Source: Phoronis australis
Lineage: Eukaryota; Animalia; Phoronida
Direction of reading: 5' to 3'
DNA: 64,000 nucleotides
Assembly (NCBI GenBank): GCA_002633005.1
Contig: NMRA01000121.1
Location: 692,501 to 756,500, forward strand
The notes under the pieces are model-generated. The model was given only the letters and a program-made list of their open reading frames with translations, was not told the origin of the DNA and did no database searches. Position numbers and translations under genes: made by a program. Below, in pieces: positions 11,391 through 60,389 of this stretch (position 1 is its first letter; every line of letters begins with the position of its first letter).

Positions 11391-14300
11391 GTCTACCTCT
11401 GGTAATGTGTGAGAATCGCCTCAGTGACCTTGTTGGTCAGACGCTAAATCGAATTTAATGGTATTGAGCAAGTGTGTTTTTATCACAGAGGATTTTTTGA
11501 CAATTTTTTTACTTTGCATTGCCAGAGGTTATTTTTAGTTTTCTAGTATTGCTTCGTGTTCGGAGAATGTTGGAAACGATCATCTGTTGTATCCGTGCAG
11601 TGCACACGCTGGGTGCGCATTTCAGTGGTCTGCATTTCTCTTGAGCAAGTAGCAAGAGGCTAGAATGTATATTATCATTTTATATTTATATGTTTATGTG
11701 TACTCATTGGATTATGAAACTGTATCCAGCTCTGTGCGTACTGGAGTGTCTCCTCCACAAAACCCAAATTTGAGTGCTCACCATTATGAAGTTAGTCTCA
11801 AATTTTTTCTGGGTTTGGAAAGAACGTACTTTATTGCTTTCAGACCAGGCTTTACAAGTTGGCTTGTCATGGCATGTCATCTTATTTGCCTAGCATGGTC
11901 TCTAAATAATAAGGAGTTTTCAGTAGTTCACAGGACCGAGAACAGCTTCTCATTTGAATGAGGAACATATTGAGACCAACTGTATAGCGATAAATGGTCT
12001 TTAAGTCGGAATGCAGGTTGATAGCCACTTTCATCCCTAGTCATATGGTGTAGCATCCTAGTTTCTTGTTGTATTCCCAGCTGACCCCAACAGTGTACCA
12101 AGTCTCAGTGCAATCCGGTTATTTAATTGTTGTTTTTGTGTCATTCATGTACAATCAGTATATATAATATATATTATATATGTTATGTAAGTAAACTGAA
12201 TTAAAATCGAAAGTTGTGTTTTGTTCTTGTGACAGGATAGTGTTGTGATGGGCGTCGTATGCAAATTAGTTTTTGTATTCAACTGCTTGTGATATTTTAA
12301 GTTTGGAAAAGTGCATTCCTACAATACTTCCTAGAATATAATGGAAGGAACTGTACAGCTGTTTCATACCAAAAGGTATTGCACATTTTTGGTAGGGACT
12401 CTGGATGATGTAACAATTTACAGTTTAAATCTCACAAGTTTTGGGCACCGTATGGCAGACAGGTGAAATTTTATGGGTCATTTTTGTAGCATCTAATAAA
12501 TGCATATGATCAAGGTCTGTGCCATAGTTATCATCAGAAAATAGTTTGAAAATTGGGGGCATTCACAACATTAGAAGACCTTGAAAAATTAAAAATCATT
12601 TTGTCTAGATTTTACCGTATTTTTAACTGCACACCTGGCCTGCAATCTGTATATGCAACAGATTCGTGAAAACGAGTCTTTGTGATATAGTCATGTGTTA
12701 CTAATGAAGCATGATATATTTCTCTCTTCTGGTAATTGTCCTGGGGACATTCTGTGCACATAGGATCTTAGTAATTTTCAGGTTAAATTGAGTGCACGTT
12801 ATCCATGCTACATTAAAAAGCCTGTGGTTAGCTTTGCTTAGCTTGTCTAGACAGGGTAATTTGTTTCAGCTGAGATGAACATATTGAAGGGACTACAGGC
12901 TCAGATGTCTGTCTGTGTGTCCGTTAAAAAGGTCTAAAATTGAGTTACAACAATATTTAAGTTGAACATTTTATTTAAATAAAATAAACATTTAAAAAAG
13001 CAGAAAGGAGCACAATTTAGTTCCAAAACTGATTACAAATGATACAACGATCAAAGTTAGAGCAACTACACTGATTCTGACAAAAATGATCCATGAACAA
13101 GAAAAAAGGTGACTAAATGGAAACCAGCTTTGTTGCTCCAATAAAAGCACAACTGTTGCAATTTTCACGAGTACAGATGTATTTTTTACCTCATCCCCAA
13201 AAAGTTGTTTTTATATACATCTTGATTTATGTACACCTTATGCTTGAAACCCTCAATGTCAAAAAGTGGTGCTTTTTGTTGTTAGAGCCAATACATTAAG
13301 CAATTATTTTTTGCATTTGCACATGTTATTCTTACCATGTCAAAAGTTTGGTACACAACAGTTAAGAGACAATGCTAATTTGCATGGAAATTTTCTATGA
13401 AAATGATTCTAAAGAAACAATTGTACACAGTGACAAAATACATGCAAAGTTACAACAATGAGCTGAAGCCAATGTCTAGTCAGTGTACTCAGAACTCGAC
13501 AGCTTGTATCTTGTATACAAGTCAAAATGTGAATACCAGAAATTGTTTAAGTATGAATCACAAGTCGACTTCAGTGTGAACATGAATATTTAGCAGTAGA
13601 ATCTAATCAAATCCGAAAATGGATCTTATAGGAGGATCTGATTGAGTATGTAACAAATCTATAATTATGAGCTGTTCACTGAATGTCAATTCCCGAATTA
13701 ATTAGTAATTCCTTGCTAGTTTAATATTCTTCGATTACCATTATTAAATTAACTGATATTCATATCTAAATCAAAGTGACATTTGAATGCATTCTGAGAA
13801 TTTTTTCTTGGTAAGTTTTCTGGTTGTAATGGAAAGTATGTTAGCAGGCAACTGAAATGATGATCTGTGTAATCATGATGTCAATTACTGACGAGCAAAA
13901 ATTCAAGACTTACTCTGCAAAAGTACTGGCTACGAATCTTAATGGTCAACATGTTTAAAAATTGCAAGAAAATTTATGCCAAACTTATAGTTCTGATCCA
14001 GCCTGTCAATGAATCCATGAACCAAAACAACTGAATAAAACTAAACCATTAATACAAGCATATGTGGTATGGATACCAGTGGAATGCAGACATACAAACG
14101 AACAAAAAGCCATTAAGTAAAATTTAAAACATTTCTGTAAGATGCGGCTGCGTGTTTTGTTTCTTGCCCACTGTGACTTAACATTCTCAGATTTATGGTG
14201 CTTCTCTTCCCCAAAGTTTTCCTATCTTGCATCAGTGTAAAAGTACACAACCATTCAGTCTCTTCCCTGTCAGTGGATTAAAGTCGAATTTGTACAGAGG

Positions 14301-14621
14301 TGGGGTTCGGCTTACCCAAAGCAACTCCTTAGATACGGAACTGAAGACAACAGTATTTATGAGAACTGAGGACACTGCCACCCAGACATCGACATCAGAA
14401 TTCACGTATTAAGTCCTTTACTAATGATCCAAGAATGAAAAATCATCCGATCATACTTTCTTGTTAAAACTCATCAAGAGCAACCAAACATCCATCGCTC
14501 CATTGTGACCAATGCATACAAAATTGGTCACTGATCGAAATGTTTTCATCTGCAGACGCACTATATCCAAGGCTCCTGACTGACAGCAAAGACTGGCGTG
14601 ACAAGGACACATGCATATTTC

Positions 14622-14801
14622 TCATAGATTCTGATCAGGTGTTTCCTTAATATTAATGTTGTTTCTCCTGTAGAACTCTGTCTGTACATGGGCAACGCGA
14701 ACATGTTTCCTTGTAGGTGGATCTAAGTCGTCCTCCAGATCTTCCTTCAGCTTATGTCCATACACAGAGGATGCAAGAGTGGGAACTACTTTTATTCTTT
14801 C
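14622..14801 (-). CDS. CFAP90: CFAP90 coding exon 3 (terminal)
   Basis: ttttttag|GAA...TGA; SSVYG and EFYRRN motifs. Confidence 0.9.
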   Translation of the reverse strand, partial: ERIKVVPTLASSVYGHKLKEDLEDDLDPPTRKHVRVAHVQTEFYRRNNINIKETPDQNL

Positions 14802-17653
14802 CTAAAAAAAAACAAAGCCATGTCACAAGTTTAATTTTTGAGAGTTTTTTTGCTCTTGAAAGTATGTAACCTTTTAATGCATCACTGTCATGTCCAGCTA
14901 ATTAAAATTTAAACAATGTTTTGCAAAATCCAACTGCTCTCTGTTAATTGGCCAAATTATGTTGCACACACCCACCAGGAGGAACAATAGCAACATTAAA
15001 CAAATGTTTTAGGTTGTAATAGTCACATTTCGAATCTATTGTAAAAATCTAATCACATGTGCTTATTTAATTTTCATGAAGTATTCAAATACTGTTATTT
15101 GCTAACTTTCAAAACGAAAATTTATTATCGCTGGCCCCAAGGTGTTTATGATGGCTTCAGTCATTAGAGAGCGATAACATGATTAACTTGAAGCGATGTA
15201 ATTAACCACAACAGCATGGTGTCTTTGATCTGAACAAGCAAATTCCGGTCGAGTTGCCCAATCTTGACCACTAAGGGCGTCAATGTAAGATTCTTTTCAT
15301 GTATAAAACAGAATACAGTAGATCTGAACTATATACACAGTTAAACCCGGAAGATTATTTTCATGGGCAAAAGAAACAAAAAACAGTGGTTTAGCCCTAC
15401 TTCATCATTGACTGTGAGTCCCTTTGACTTGGCATGCTCTCTGTCACACCGGTGAAGTTTGTTGTTGTAATCTAGTTGTTGATGAAACATTCTGTCAAAC
15501 GTAGAACTGGAGTACCGCTCCTGGAAATGGACAGAGAATAAAACATACTTTACTCATGAACTTGATATTGTTATTTATGAATTTACCGGTATGTACTTTT
15601 CTTACCTATTAATTACAGTACAAGGCAAAAGTATTCCTACAAAATGACCCGCAATTCTTTGTCATAGCAGATGGACGGAAGCTGAATTCCTTGTCAGTAC
15701 ATCTTCCTTCGTGACCCAAGAATGCTGAAGGGTAATTAACATTAAAGTTGGCAAAACATACTGGTAAATTGATGATTATATAATGCATGGTTCAAATCTC
15801 GTGTGGAAAACAGGAAATGATGCTCATGGGGTGAATGACAGAACAGCTGCTCCCAAACGGTAATTGCACAGATCGGGTCTTCAGCAATCTAGAGTCCTGT
15901 GGTTTTCCCAGTTGTGGTTCCTGATTTTCTGAGTTTATTTCATATATTTCACTATTGGCCAACATCAATGTCTATATTAAGTAAAGTTCAAGTAAGGCAT
16001 GAATCCATTTTGTTATTGGAATTTTGCTACCTTAATAGTTATTACCAGTCATTTTTGCTGTCATTATGTGAAAAAGGTATTTTGTCTGATTACTTTTGTC
16101 TTGTACAGTATTTAACAAACGACACGAGATGGAATCATAAAAGCATTCAAAGACATAACTCAATTTTCTTGTTTTCCTCTTTATACCTTTATTTTTAAGA
16201 ACAACCAATAGTTCTCTATAGCTGCACTTACTCGTACCTGTGCCAGACAAAGTGGTGCACTCCTGATCGACTATAGACACAAAAGTTTATTGGTCAACTT
16301 TCGGGATTAATATCACAGCTAAAATTATCTGCCAAAAGTCATCAGTTTAAGTCAACATAACCAGTATTGCCGTGAAACGTTGCCATATGGCACTGAGTTA
16401 TTGCTCTACATCGAACAAAAATTTGCTGATGCAGCTATCTTTATAACAACCAGACTTGTGCAAATCCTTTGAGGCAGCAATTTTGTACCATTCTCCTGGA
16501 GGGTAAAATTCAAGAAATTTCCACTATCATGATCTAATTTTAGAACTGCGTTCAATTAACTTGTCTATTACATAGGCGGATTTAGGGGGGGGGGCCCGGG
16601 CCCCCCCCCCCTTGGCTGCCGCAAAAAAATAAAACAGCAAGAGCGTAGGGAAATGTTGAGTTTATTAATTTGCCCCGGTAATTAAGATTGTACGGATGAA
16701 AAAAGATTTAAATCATGCAGTTTTAGTGTTGGGGGGGGCTCAGATCCAGTTTCAAGCGTCAAATTCGGAACACGGCGCATTCGCAATGGAACTATGGCTA
16801 AGTGTAGGCTCTCCCGCGATATCCCAGGGGACCAGCAGTGGCGCTGCGCAATACGACTCCGTTTCCGTCGTCTGCTCCACTGTGCAATGGACCACAAACA
16901 AGTACATCTCTTAGTTTCTTTTTGTTTGAGAAATTGTGGTGGTGTAGTGGTAAAGCACGCGCGTCCTATCAGCCAGGTCATGAGTTCGAGTCTGTGAAAC
17001 TCGCAATTTTTCCTGTGTGACACCTTCTCCGTGTGTGTGTGTGTGTTTCTTTTTTCCTTTTTTTCTTGGATAATACATCAGAAATCAAGGAAAATGCTTG
17101 ATTGTTAGAGGAAAAAACAGAAAAATTTCCTGGGCGGGAGGGGGGCAATACAGTCGTGGTTTGAGCAAATACTTACAGCCGGACAAAGTCACGTGTTGCC
17201 CCCCCCCCCTTGTGATATCCTAGATCCGACACTGTGTTAGAACACAATACTGTGGTTAAGCTGGTCAGAGCTGAGTCACTCACAGGAATCAACAGACGAA
17301 AATGAAGTCTAATTTCCGCTCTGAAATATGCCGTTTACAATGGTACGTAAACTGAATGTCGGAAATTCCCGATTGTTTATCTGAAATTTATAGTTGACGC
17401 CGAGTTGACTAATTTACAATGGCTGCTCTACACGTTCGGTCAGTGGGCACACTAACTAACCCATTAAGTTTTACTGTAGCAGGCCTACCGTTTTATCACT
17501 GTTGAAAGCATTGCGTTCCCTAGGACAGTCTCTACTCGGCGGGACAAAGGCGAAAGCAGAAAGCTCACATGGCCTTCCATGTAGAACAAACGAGTCAGTT
17601 TCAGTCTGTACGTGAATCTTGTTCTCAAACTGCGCCCCAGTCGCAACATCCAT
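14622..17653 (-). CDS. CFAP90: CFAP90/C5orf49 ortholog (cilia- and flagella-associated protein 90, DUF4541), 3 exons, 154 aa
   Basis: Exons 17653-17489 (MDVATG...[26 protein letters not shown]), 15520-15401 ([40 protein letters not shown]) and 14801-14622 ([18 protein letters not shown]...[12 protein letters not shown]...*). All introns GT-AG, phase 0. Motifs LDYxxKLHRxDREHAKSxGL, SSVYG and FYRxN match recalled C5orf49. Confidence 0.88.
15401..15520 (-). CDS. CFAP90: CFAP90 coding exon 2
   Basis: ttccag|GAG...GAA|gtaggg; 120 nt; [12 protein letters not shown]. Confidence 0.9.
16571..17234. mobile_element. MITE with G/C-run subterminal arms in CFAP90 intron 1
   Basis: Imperfect TIRs CATAGGCGGATTTAGG / CCTAGATCCGACACTG with poly-G/poly-C arms, typical of the widespread 'GGCGGATC' invertebrate MITEs. 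No clear TSD. Confidence 0.65.
16936..17006 (+). mobile_element. tRNA-derived (Pol III A/B box) fragment inside the MITE
   Basis: A box GGTGTAGTGGT, B box GAGTTCGAGTC at tRNA-like spacing; no intact cloverleaf. Confidence 0.5.
17489..17653 (-). CDS. CFAP90: CFAP90 coding exon 1
   Basis: ATG at 17653; donor ACG|gtaggc; SAFAFVPP motif. Confidence 0.8.
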
Positions 17654-17689
17654 TGTCGATCGAAGTCTATGAAACACTTATCAAGCCTA

Positions 17690-17990
17690 CAGAGTTCTCT
17701 ACTGCTGTTGCTAGGAGGCGTGTAACAAGTGCCCGTAGTTCGGTAATTACCGTAACAATCCGTCATCCCCGAAAACTAAATTGTCGATATTTAACAAACA
17801 TCGCATCATTCAAAAAACATAATTGTTTGCTTTTGTACCTTTTTGTACCAATTTATGAACTTTTATCAAAATATGAAAATTCTAAATCAAAACATTTCTA
17901 TTCAATATGGTGGATAGTTGGGCGGAAGCATTGAATGTCAGAGCAAGAAAATACACACGTACGGAAGTCAGTCAGCTGGTTCCCAGATGT
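17690..17990. promoter_or_regulatory. Putative bidirectional promoter between CFAP90 (-) and RSPRY1 (+)
   Basis: Divergent gene starts, CpG-richer sequence, RFX half-site-like GTTGCTAGG (17707), ETS-type CGGAAG cores (~17923, ~17962), possible non-coding exon donor TTG|gttagt at ~18035. Confidence 0.5.
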
Positions 17991-19350
17991 CATTTCAATC
18001 ACTAGTAATTGTTGTATAGAAGCTCTTGTCAGTTGGTTAGTGTTCATGTCTTCTGTTTCATTGGCATCTAAACTTAAATTGAGGACTGAGACAAATTCAG
18101 GGCCAGGCCATGGCATGGGCTAGTAGTAGTAGGCAATGATCGCCTCTGTTGGCCCGAACCAGAGGCGATGTAGCTCCTATAGGCGCTCTGTACGCCGGAA
18201 GCTTTTCGGCGAATTATGCCTCGCACCGACTAAACCATCAAAGTTACGTTGTTATAAATACCTTTTGCGCATAGAGGAACACCTTAGCTTATCTTTCTAT
18301 TTTTTAACGGTATGAAAATGGAAAACCCGAAAGTTTCCATTTTCTTTATCCTTATTCCATTATACAATTTGTTGCTCTTTTGTCATCTTTTTAATGGTCT
18401 TTTAAATAATCACAAGTGTATGGCTAGTACTGATGACGAATTCAAGCTGGCAGTAAAGGTCCAAACACCATGGTTAATGGAATGCGATCAGTTTTTATGT
18501 ACTGAAAATGCATTTTCCAGTGTAACTACCTAGATAGCCTTCCTCATGTTGATGGCTTTGACCAATACTCAAAACACTCAAAACTGAAAAAATCCGTTGT
18601 TTTTTGTCATTGTATCAGAAATCACCCAAAGTTCATGAATTGATGTTGACAAGCTGATGTAATGTTAATTTATAGATCATAAACAATTGTAGTCTATGGG
18701 CCCTTGAAGACGGCAAGTTTTAATGATATCCGTGATAAAGCATGATTTTTGTTGCGTGACTACAAACATTATAGGTACTTTTCCATGTGCGTAGTGTTTC
18801 TTATCTGACCAAGAATTTTGAAATATATATAGTTTCATTGGTGCAAGCTCAGTATTGCATAAAATATTTTAAAAACGTGACCCTTATTGCAGAAGTGATT
18901 AAATCATATTTTGGCCAAATCGTAGAAAAAAAATTAAAAATGAGTGCAACTGCGTAGATTTTTATGTTTTGCTTTTATCGCTAAAGCATTTTTCAGGCAT
19001 AGTCTGTCTCACCAGCAGAGCTCTGTTGCTTTGAATCTATGGTAGTTTGCTGTGTTAGTGTATAAGGAATGGGTTATTGTTAACTGTATCTGTTGCAGCA
19101 CCATACTTTTCTAAGGTTTGAAAGGTTATGGTTAGATGCTGACTAGGTTTTTGTAAACACCTTTGTATTTGTCTTGCTTTTGTGAAAAAAACAATCTAAA
19201 AAAGAAACAGAACTGAAATTGAAAAGTTGTGAACTGAGTCTGGCCAGGTAGTCTTGTCATATTGAAGAGTTACTGTTTTACAGTTCATCAATTTGTTTTA
19301 ATAGTCATAGAGTGAAAGAGTTTATCAGTTCCAAGTATTGTTTTGCTAGC

Positions 19351-20031
19351 TGTCTATCGTATTACCCAGAATATAAGGCCATTGCCTTATAATAGTAGAG
19401 TATGGTCTTATACTCGAATATAAGGCCATGGACTTATATAAAAATAATTGCAGGCAATCTGGTACATGTTTGACCTGATGTGTGCAGGTCGCGCAGGTGG
19501 CTTCATTGCACTGATCACCTGGAACTATTTTTGTGCTTTATTGATATGTAGTTAAAACCGAGCTGAGGAGCTACAAATCTGACTCAAGGGTCCAGCAGTG
19601 TGGCCCTGGGGGACTCGGACCCACGACCTTGAGTAAAGGAAGCGTACCAGTACTTATCACACTAGGCCACACTGCCTCCTTCCATGGCCTTATAGTCTTG
19701 GTCATTTGCATTCTGGCATGTGTTCGGTGTTTGCCACTTTAGAATTGTCTATGCTTGTCATCCTGTTTTATGTTTGTTTTTTTTTTGTATTATTTATTTA
19801 ATATTTTATGGAATACTTTTAGCTAACATTTTTTTTGTAACAATCTTAATCATTTAACTGATAACCAAAAAATGCTAACTGGACTTATATCCGAAATAAC
19901 CAAATGGATTTATACTGGAATATAAGGCAGCGGCCTTATATTCTCGGTCATGTGCATTTTGTAGGGTTCTCAAAAAAGCATTATTTGGCCTATAAGACCA
20001 TGGCCTTATATTCTGGGTGATATGGTAGACA
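19351..20031. mobile_element. MITE with ~41-bp TIRs and internal TATAAGGCCATGGCCTTATA-type palindromic repeats
   Basis: TGTCTATCGTATTACCCAGAATATAAGGCCATTGCCTTATA vs the reverse complement of TATAAGACCATGGCCTTATATTCTGGGTGATATGGTAGACA. Confidence 0.75.
19555..19682 (-). mobile_element. tRNA-derived SINE nested in the MITE
   Basis: Minus strand: GGCAGTGTGGCCTAGTG (A box)...GGTCGTGGGTCCGAGTCCC (B box)...CACTGCTGGACCCTTGAG (SINE core-like). Confidence 0.65.
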
Positions 20032-20275
20032 TATTAAGGTTCTCTGTTCACTGAGCATACCTTCTTTCACCTTCATGAATTAAGTGGCATGGCTTATGAA
20101 AATTTGTGAAATTTGACTGATGGTAGAGCCCAATTATATGACGTGTCATTGTGGTTAAATTAGTGATTAGCTGTCTTGTTTCAGATATTTCGATCTTCAC
20201 TTAGGAACAGAAAACTTTAAGTGATTCAACTCATGTCCTAGCCAACTCTACAGCGACTCTCTTTAAACTCCTGTG

Positions 20276-57452
<37,177 letters not shown>

Positions 57453-60230
57453 CAACTACAGAGTCCTGTCACCACCGTGCAGATCTAGGCGCCCCCTTTT
57501 GGCGGTTGGTGGCAATGCAGGAGGATCATCGGCTTCAATTTACTTCGCACCAGTTTCTGGTTGAATAACATCAACAGAAAAAAGAATGAAACGGGAATTC
57601 AGACTAGTTATCGTTTAAGTCGTTTCTGCGGTAAATGTACGAAGCTTACTCAAATTATATGCGGAAAATTTTGTGCTTTGTTTAAGTGCTGTAGATCATT
57701 CTGAAGTGTAAATAACTTACAAATATAAAAACTTTGGAACTCACAGCCAGCTCTGTTTATTCTGTGTGTGTGGTCAGTGCCCCCATATGTTTGAGGCGTC
57801 ATGTCTCGTGTTAAGATGAGTCAATTAATTTCTTTAGCTATTTTGCTAAAAAAATTTGCCAAAATTGGCTTCTTTTGATTTTTTCAAAGACTGGCTACAG
57901 TGCTGCAAATAACTAAGATATGTATTTATGACAGTCGTGCTGTACAAACTCGGCTAATAGTCAAGTTGGATTGTTTAATGTTACTTCACTCTTGAAGCTT
58001 TTGTCAAAATTAAATTTCTGGCTTCGTATTTTGTGCTTTATACAATGTGAAGAATCATCAGTGACTGATAAACTTTGACCTATTTATGGTTTGTGATTTG
58101 CGGAATGTCAGTCATGCAGGCCAACTGTTGGCTAGAGATTTTGGTCTACTTTCTCCTAGTGTCTTCATTAGTTGATTTCATTCTGCTTTGGATAACTGGT
58201 ATCCTATAATCTACTGAGTCATCTGTCTATCTGCAAAAAGTTCATTTGAAGAACCCTGCTTGTAATATACCACCAGTCCTTTGCTAGTTGGATGTTTGCC
58301 AAAAGTTCAAATTTTTGTAAATCCTTAGCATCAGTGTAATTACAAAGGTCAGAATTAAGCAGTACTCCTGACAATAAAATGAAAGGTGGCTGAGAGCTCA
58401 AGGTGAGAGTCTGTCATCTAGGCTACCCTGATTCACAAGTTGGCCACAAGGTGACACTAGCACGTTACTCACAGAATCATGAGATATTAAACCTTGTTTC
58501 ACTGGCAGTTACAACTTGAAGTTTCTTGTCTTTGAGATTTTAATGTTTAACAACTTTGAGTCAATTTTCTACTGTGTTAATAATATGTGTTTGTGTTGAT
58601 CATTGCTTTGTGTATATGAGGTTACCACAAACTGTGTTATGTATTTTACGGCCTCATCAATGTGGGTGTGATAATTCATAGCTTTGTTTACTTTTCTGTG
58701 AACAATGACTTAATTTCATTGGATTGAATGTACATACCACTAGCATATCCAGCTACCAGTAAAACTACCTCCAGGTAACAACCACTCACCACAGAGCCCA
58801 TGATTTCATTGGTTGTTAGATTGTACCAGTGCTTCAATTGTGGTTTCTGACTTTTGCCAACTATAGTGGACAAAGTGCAAGAAACGTAGGAAGAGAGTAC
58901 TATGCTGCTGCAACCTTTGGAAACCTTTCTTAACTTTATTGTTTATGTCACCGTTTCCGTGTAATCTTTGGAAGGTTGATTCTGAAGTAAGCCAATGACC
59001 TCACATTTTCTGTCGTGTTACTAGTTGATTTTCTGGCAGTGTGCGTCAGGTATAACTGTTGATTTGACTAGTGATTGGTCGGGTTTTGTTGTAATTTTAT
59101 GCAAATCATGTTTGGTGACTCTGTCATTTGTTGTTAATTTATAAATCGAAAGTGTAACTTTTGGAATTTTCTTACAACATGCCTCAGGGTGTCTTGTTGT
59201 CATGGTAACATGTATGCCTCAGGATATGTTGCTGTTATGGTAATGTGTACCATAAGACATAGGATAGTTGTTGGTCTTTTGGTTGCTTGATCACTTGAAG
59301 GAGTATGTTCTTTTTACTGGTTAGTGCATAATTGAACATGATAGCAATGACCCAAGAATGTTTTTACTGAATAAAATTTCCAAATTTTGGACCCCAGTAT
59401 TCAAGTAGAAATTGAATTATCTTGATACTGAAGATTGGGAATTGGAAATTTTGCCATTCATTATTTTTCTCATAAAATTGGGCACTGTGATTTGTGGCAA
59501 TAGAGTCTGAAAACTGACTTGATAGTTAATAAGTTGGCAAAAATAGCCGCAGTGCAACATTTTTAAGTAAAATATCAGTTGTTGTTGATCTTAATTATGT
59601 AATTTGGGATGGCCATTAAAATTTGGTACGAGCTCCAACCTTGAGCATAACAATTAATTTGTTACTATCCTCAACCGAAATTTTTTTACAGTGTTTGTTG
59701 GTGGTATTGTTAGACATAAACAAGGTCTACAGGAGCAGTAAAACTTATTACCTTTTGGCACCGAATACTTTTATCATAGGATGGCACTGTAAACTTTATT
59801 ATTGCCTACAGCTGAGTTGAGGTACTAAGTGGTGTCATTTCATCCTCCAGTTTATATTCTGCCAAACAAAAGATATATTTTTGCACATGTTATGCAGTAT
59901 TCAGGAGCAATTGTGACACCAAACACAATGACTGATGAGTTCACTTCACTGGCAGAAAAATACATCCATTTTGCTAGTTGTTGAGAATGTTTATTAGTAA
60001 TACACTAGTAGTAAACGTGGTTAACTAGTAAAATTCATGTTGTGCCTTTTCCTGTCTCACTTTTTTCCTTTATTAGGAATTAATTTGTTCCCAACCATTT
60101 GTATGACTAGTGTGCAGTTTGAGGAACATTCCCTAGGTGGAGCTAGTTCTCAAGATTGAATTTCAATCCAACTAAAAAAATCTGGAGGCAATAAGGGGTG
60201 TTGAGTGTGGGACAGGTGACTGTCCTATTA

Positions 60231-60389
60231 CCTCCTGATGTGGTACTGGTGACTGTACCTCCTGATGTGGTACTGGTGACTGTACCTCCTGATGTGGTAC
60301 TGGTGACTGTACCTCCTGATGTGGTACTGGTGACTGTACCTCCTGATGTGGTACTGGTGACTGTACCTCCTGATGTGGTACTGGTGACT
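60231..60389. repeat. Perfect 27-bp minisatellite (CCTCCTGATGTGGTACTGGTGACTGTA), about 6 copies
   Basis: Directly visible; generates the repetitive ORFs 60143-60403 and 60198-60428. Confidence 0.92.

Noticed and set aside
16936-17006. Functional tRNA genes at the A/B-box sites (also 19600-19682, 50638-50713, 51134-51200)
   Set aside because: No intact cloverleaf or anticodon arm; better explained as SINE heads.
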